Shown piece by piece: positions 63,901 through 64,000 of a stretch of 64,000 nucleotides of DNA. The position numbers were made by a program, and so were the translations under genes. A model generated the notes under the pieces. The model did not search any database. It saw only the letters and a list, made by a program, of their open reading frames with translations, and was not told where the DNA came from. The stretch comes from Eledone cirrhosa. Lineage: Eukaryota. The stretch is taken from the NCBI GenBank assembly GCA_964016885.1, contig OZ024742.1, forward strand, positions 378,820,001-378,884,000. Reading direction: 5' to 3'. Position 1 is the stretch's first letter. The number at the start of each line of letters is the position of its first letter.

Positions 63901-64000
63901 AAATGAAAAGTGTAGAAAGTATTGTAGCAAGAAGTCAACAGTATTTCATAATATATAAGTGACTATAACGTCAAAATGGGAAAATAATCAACGTAAGATG

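Noticed and set aside
53843-63938. Many His/Thr/Tyr/Ile- or Val/Cys-rich ORFs here and throughout the window
   Set aside because: They are translations of (CA)/(TA)/(TG) microsatellites.

Overview
Gene-free, repeat-saturated animal DNA. The SINE repertoire and the abundant (TA)n/(CA)n tracts suggest an octopus or other cephalopod, but that is inference. I found no host protein-coding gene. The window is dominated by Penelope-like retroelements (PLEs): four decayed or truncated Naiad-type RT/GIY-YIG copies and two Neptune-like copies. By hand I folded about 12 clear and about 4 weaker type I hammerhead ribozyme (HHR) motifs from many unrelated families, three of them with the compensatory U3:A8 core. 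Many HHRs sit in small non-coding cassettes at microsatellites, either as fold-backs (inverted repeat-HHR-inverted repeat) or as one terminally redundant 647-bp unit that resembles a copy of a circular RNA. One Naiad copy has an in-frame UGA exactly at a conserved endonuclease Cys, which is a possible selenocysteine. A ~19-kb, 72-bp G/T-rich satellite with higher-order repeats appears to have expanded inside the 3' UTR of another Naiad. Also present: an RTE LINE with three C-terminal C2H2 fingers and a short derivative, a minisatellite born from an RTE ORF, an L1/Tx1 3' fragment, and many Nin/Deu-type SINEs, including a 4-copy head-to-tail cluster.
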